A DNA stretch of 64,000 nucleotides from Paecilomyces variotii (Eukaryota): the NCBI GenBank assembly GCA_004022145.1, contig RCNU01000008.1; one strand, given 5' to 3'. A model generated the notes under the pieces. It did no database searches. It had not been told where the DNA came from and saw only the letters and a list, made by a program, of their open reading frames with translations. Shown one piece after another: positions 59,315 to 64,000 of the stretch. Every line of letters starts with the position of its first letter. The first letter of the stretch is position 1. The position numbers and the translations under genes are program-made.

Positions 59315-59772
59315 TTACTCGACCTCGACGTTTCCTCTCCGGAGCTCTTCCTTGGCCTGCTCAATCTCTTTTTGGAGCTCCTCGTGAGCTTCGGGGACGT
59401 CGTTAAATGTGAGAATGGCCAGGCCTAAGCGGGCCATCAGGTAGCAGGCGAAGGATATGAGACCGTAGAAGGGAAGCTGAGTGGCGCAGGAATAATTAGC
59501 ATTAAATGATGGCGGAGGAGCGAACTGCTGTTAGGTACGTACAACAGGGATGATCTCCGTCTGAACGGTCTCGTTCAGGGGCACAAGACCCAAGTAAAGG
59601 GACAAATACAACTATAACAAAAGATCCACTGTCAGCATATATATTCCATAAAATCGAATTCTTCAACCATCAGATCTTCAACCCGATGGTATAAAAACAA
59701 GGGATGTCGGCTCCTGGGACATACAGATGAAACGAGCAGGAGAACAGAGATGGTCTGCTGAGCGCGCGTCAT
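59315..59772 (-). CDS. dpm3: Dolichol-phosphate mannosyltransferase subunit 3, 3 exons (absent from the ORF track)
   Basis: Spliced MTRAQQTISVLLLVSS|LYLSLYLGLVPLNETVQTEIIPV|LPFYGLISFACYLMARLGLAILTFNDVPEAHEELQKEIEQAKEELRRGNVEVE*: two TMs, then TFND.P and a coiled coil. Confidence 0.92.
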
Positions 59773-60797
59773 GATGGGCGAAAAGCTGATTTCGACGACA
59801 GACGTTAAAATAATAGGATATAGTGTAGCGCACGATGACGGGATTCTCAGTCTTAGTAAATGAACTTGTTTTTTCTAAAAAAAAAACGAATGGACTTGGG
59901 TCAGTTTGAGAATAACTTTCCTTTCGACGTGGAGGACAGCTTTGAGCTTCCGCTGCGTCCCCGGAGCGAGTTGGTCACCGTAGACAGTCGATAACTAGGA
60001 CGCTTAGGCCAAGTTGCGAGCTGTCAGGCACCAAATGGGGTTTAGATACTGTGATACTCCGTACATCCCAGTAGTGGTTTTGTTCAACTTAGTGATTATG
60101 AGGGAACTCTACACATTTTTTTGGAATTATTTAGTTTTGAATACGATGATTCTCTACAGACTGAGTATTGGTATTATCTGTTCCTCTTTCTTATTGGCTC
60201 TGCGCATTGAACTGCTTGTCGATAAGTTAACTTCCCAGCGTGCCATAAGAAAGCTCCATACCTTAAGCTAAGCGAGCACCGGCTGCAAGCCACCCCAGGC
60301 AACATCTACCGTGGGGTCGCGAGTTGTTATAGAGCCATTTCGACCCTAGTTTTGGTCCCCATTTTTGTCTTCGAAAAGCTCATCATCTCCGTTGGACAAA
60401 AAGGAAATTGTATTCGTTTTATTTCATCAGTTGTTTGTTCTGCAATTAGCAGAAATCGGCCTTTCCTTAACTACCTCTCAGAGCTTACTTCAGCGGAGCG
60501 TTTTAGAGATTCTATAATTCTAGCAACCGCTTGGTTACTCGAATCTAGCGTATGTTCATTATATGGTCCCTGCGCTACCTAGTCACTGGCCTGTCGAGAT
60601 TCTCGGATAACTTACCTACTTTTTAGGCTCCAATTCGTCCAGCTGTTCCGAGTTTTGCACTGACTGGTATAGAGGGTTGGACGAAGCTCATCGTCTAGCA
60701 AGAGTGGGGCTATCAACGAAGGCAGAAGCTGTCCATTTTCAAAGATAGACGAGAGAAGTGTCCCTGAAAACTAGGCAGCTGATCCGAATCTTCCACA

Positions 60798-63130
60798 ATG
60801 GATTCCACAGAGGATATCTGGGCCAAACGTCCCCGGACAATCGTCCGGCGGCGATGGTTCCCTTTCAGATAACCAGACTGACCGGATGGTCAAAGAAATC
60901 CAACTTCCTGAGGTGAAAGATTTACTGTCTGAATCCACCGTTTCCTTCCCTCCGGCCCCTGCTGCAGAGGGCCCTCAGATAGAGCCATTGGACGAACAGA
61001 AGATGTTCAAGTCTCTACAAGCGATCTTGGATGAATCAGAGAAAGAAGAAGGTAGCTTCGCTGTTGGGGAGCTTCGAGCATCTCTGGAAGAAGCAGATGA
61101 AGATGCCAGACATGGGACTCGGGACCCGCGAACGTTGTCGTCTGTCAAGGCAACTGTGGAGAAGCTTTGGCAGTCTAGATCCGAGTATATGGCACCAGCT
61201 GTAGAGGCTCTAGCTAATGCTAGTCGAGACCGTGAGTCTGCTTTCTCGTTCGAGATCCGTACAGAGCTGATGACTTCTAGCTTCATGGCGGGCCCCATTC
61301 GGAGAGTCTGGACTGCTGGACTTTTTCCTCCGGATAATTGCATCGACGGAAGAGGTCGATGACGAGATTTTATTGCATTCTCTACGTCTAGCAGGGAACT
61401 CATGTGCCGATACAAGTTAGTACCCCCCAAGGATGCTTTAGTGGGGATTTCTAACCTGCTGTTAGATGAGAATAGACAGATCGTAGTGGACGGCAATTAT
61501 ACGCTTGCCATTCTGAGACTATTTCTGAAGCCCAGTCTCGTTCAAATCGCAATCCCAGTGATATATAATATATGTACTGATTTCGGTGAGTCTGACGCCA
61601 TGAAATGTCCCTAAACTTATAGCTTACAGTAACTAGAACCTGCTCAGTCCCAGGTTGCTCACAATCGAGTGGCGTACATTCTCTTGAAGTTAATCAAAGA
61701 CGGCTCAATCAGGGGTAACGCGCTATTAAACTACGCATATGAGCTGATCGAGATGGCTGCTGAACAAGGTAGGCATACTCAATTCTGTGTTGATATTCCT
61801 CATTCTGACTTGTCCAGCATCCGGCATCGATAGGTCCCCAGATGGGACTATTTTACTCCTTATGGAAATTGCTTTGGAGAAAGAGACAACGTTTGCTCAG
61901 TTCTGCTCTCTGGTCAACAGCCTTGCTACATATCTGCAGAATGAACGATTCCAAAGGGTATGCGTTCGACATGGCTTGGTGGAGACGATATTGACGATCC
62001 TGCGCCACTCGTATGATCTTGAAATCGACGAATCTTCGAGCGAGGATGTGGGAGCGTTGGCCCAACTACGCCTTAAAGTTAACCAGGCATTATCGGATCT
62101 TTCTGCGCTACCGGAATTCGGCGAGCTCTACCCTCTCGGGTCTCCCTTCTCGAAAGTCTTGGAGTCGTATCTCAATACGAAGGAAGACCAACTGCAGATA
62201 TGCTCCTGCGTTATGCTTGGAAATCTGGCACGGTCCGACGAAGTCTGTGCCAGGATGGTTCGCGAGTTCCGCATACATGAGCGGTTGATCTCTATCTTGA
62301 AAAGCGATGCTGTAGGCGCTGTCCTACATGCCGCTATCGGGTTTCTTAAGAACCTCGCCATTGCCAGTGAGAATAGACCGTTCCTGGCCAGTGCTGGCCT
62401 TATACCAGCTGTATCTCGGCTATGGGCGTTCGAGACAGTTCCCCAGATCCAGTTCTCCGCCGTCAGTCTCGTCCGCCAAGTCACTGTATCATCCGTTGAA
62501 AATGTCTCGCAACTACTCGAACGCCTCTCTGCGGATCCAGATTCTCCAGCACACAACAAGACTTATCTATCATTACTGCTCTCCCTCTTTGGTAGGACCG
62601 ATTCTGCCCCCATAAAGACGGAAATTGGCCGCACAATCGCATCTTTATGCCGCACCATCAATTCTAAGACACGAGAGAGCAGCGAAGAAATAAATACGCT
62701 ATTCGAACGTCTGTTCGATCTGCATCCGGACGTGGCTCGCCCTCTTGGTGCGATGATCACTCAGAAGGAGTGGCCAGTCGTGCGAAGTGAAGGCTGGTTT
62801 GCCATTGCCCTTATGGCGTCAAGCAAGGAAGGCTCTGTGGCTGTCGTTGACTGTCTGCAGAACATGGACGTCTACAAGCTCCTCGAAGAGACACTCTCGT
62901 CTGATATTCCGGACTCCCTGGACGAGAAAGAAAAGCAAAAGAGAAGCAAGGATCGTGACAATACTATTATCCTAGTACAGGAATTGTTGAAGCATGATGT
63001 ACGTCTCACCTTGAGCCCCAAGCTTGTGTCATCGATTTGCTAACCCACCCAGCCTCAGACGCTTCCTCCACCTCAGAAGGCAATGCTTGAGGACTTTGCC
63101 AAGGACATCAAGATCTCCCCATCATCATAG
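60798..63130 (+). CDS. Armadillo-repeat protein, SmgGDS/Rap1GDS1-like GTPase-binding protein, multi-exon
   Basis: LANASRD|PSWRAPFGESG, LRLAGNSCADT|NENR, CVMLGNLARSD, GFLKNLAI, VRSEGWFAIAL; last exon ends at 63130. Start is 60798 (via a weak donor) or 60886. Confidence 0.85.
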
Positions 63131-64000
63131 ACTCCATAGATGGTCGATTAGCATACAGTTCCCCTGCTGACGATTTGTGACACTTGGACACTGTATCCAT
63201 CATGCAGATGCTAATTACGAAGCCGGTGGCATTCCTGGATACAGGGTATTTGGTTGGACCATTTCTGTAGGGATGCGCCGATATTGAATGTAAATATCTT
63301 TCCCTAGCTTTGCTAGATAAGCCATGAAACTTTTCTATACTACACTACTTTCTTCGCAGCTATATAGGATAAATGTTCTAAAGTAAGCTAAACGGAGATC
63401 GTACCTGAGTAAAAAGTCGGTTCTCGTATCTAAACTACAAGTAAAAATATGGATTCCCAAATCATGAATGAATCCCAGGATAGACCGAAAATACTTACTG
63501 ATGACAGAGAACACTCAACATGGGTAAATAGTTGCTTGGTTCTTCCAACTGATTTTCCGGCCAAAAACGGTGATGACGTCGGACACGTGCTATCGCCGGC
63601 CTTCCCGAAGTCAACTCCAAGAACTGCCAGTTCAAGACTCCTCGTATCCTCTCCTCTTTGTGACAAAAACAGCCCCTCTGGGTTCTCCCAATGCCTTATC
63701 GACCAACATGCATCCATGACTTGTATGGCCGTCGATAATTGTACCTATATGAGAACATGAGAACGGCCGCCTTTATCGGCCGCTTCCGTCTCAACTGCGG
63801 AGGTTCGCAGCTGCTCCGCTTCGCGCCGAGGTCGCAATTCCGCTTCCCACGCCCACAATATTGGAATCAGCGCAATGGATGGAGGCGCGTGGGCAGCAGG
63901 ACGCGAGTGGTTGGGACGGTGCTGTTGGGGGCCCTGACGCCGGCGACTTTTCTGGAGCTCGCGGAGAAGGGCAATGGAGGAGGGGAAAAGACGCGCGAAT

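Noticed and set aside
63770..64000. GC-rich stretch at the window end with open minus-strand frames
   Set aside because: No motif. It could be a promoter or the tail of the next gene and cannot be resolved without flanking sequence.

Overview
This is eukaryotic DNA from a filamentous ascomycete, most likely Eurotiales (Aspergillus-like), judged from short GT-AG introns with CTRAY branch points and from protein similarity. It is gene-dense, with about 26 protein-coding genes. Most are recognisable housekeeping genes: a Crd2/CrdA metallothionein-like gene, AP-2 alpha adaptin, YggS/PLPBP, PhzF-like, Tof1, 3-hydroxyacyl-CoA dehydrogenase, Arp6, RPL13, an Sfl1-type HSF factor, succinyl-CoA ligase beta, an Ayr1-type SDR, a Mae1-type C4-dicarboxylate transporter, Xpt1, Dpm3 and an SmgGDS-like ARM protein. 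Three accessory-looking segments interrupt them. (i) A head-to-head MDR oxidoreductase / Zn2Cys6 factor pair (7.8-10.7 kb). (ii) An island at about 20.3-26.4 kb. It holds a head-to-head pair of spliced genes that the ORF track only shows as fragments (a kinase-fold protein and a putative PD-(D/E)xK-fold protein), a Ty3/gypsy integrase-chromodomain relic and a decayed pseudogene. (iii) An F-box gene at 47.5-49.3 kb. The best leads are the kinase-like + nuclease-like pair (Spok/Crinkler-like logic, speculative), a probable unannotated CENP-P/Ctf19 kinetochore gene, four CpcA/Gcn4 sites upstream of the PhzF-like gene, and a possible RNA stem covering the first splice donor of xpt1. I found no tRNA, rRNA or CRISPR array. 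Exon models were assembled by eye and family calls come from motif recognition, not database searches.
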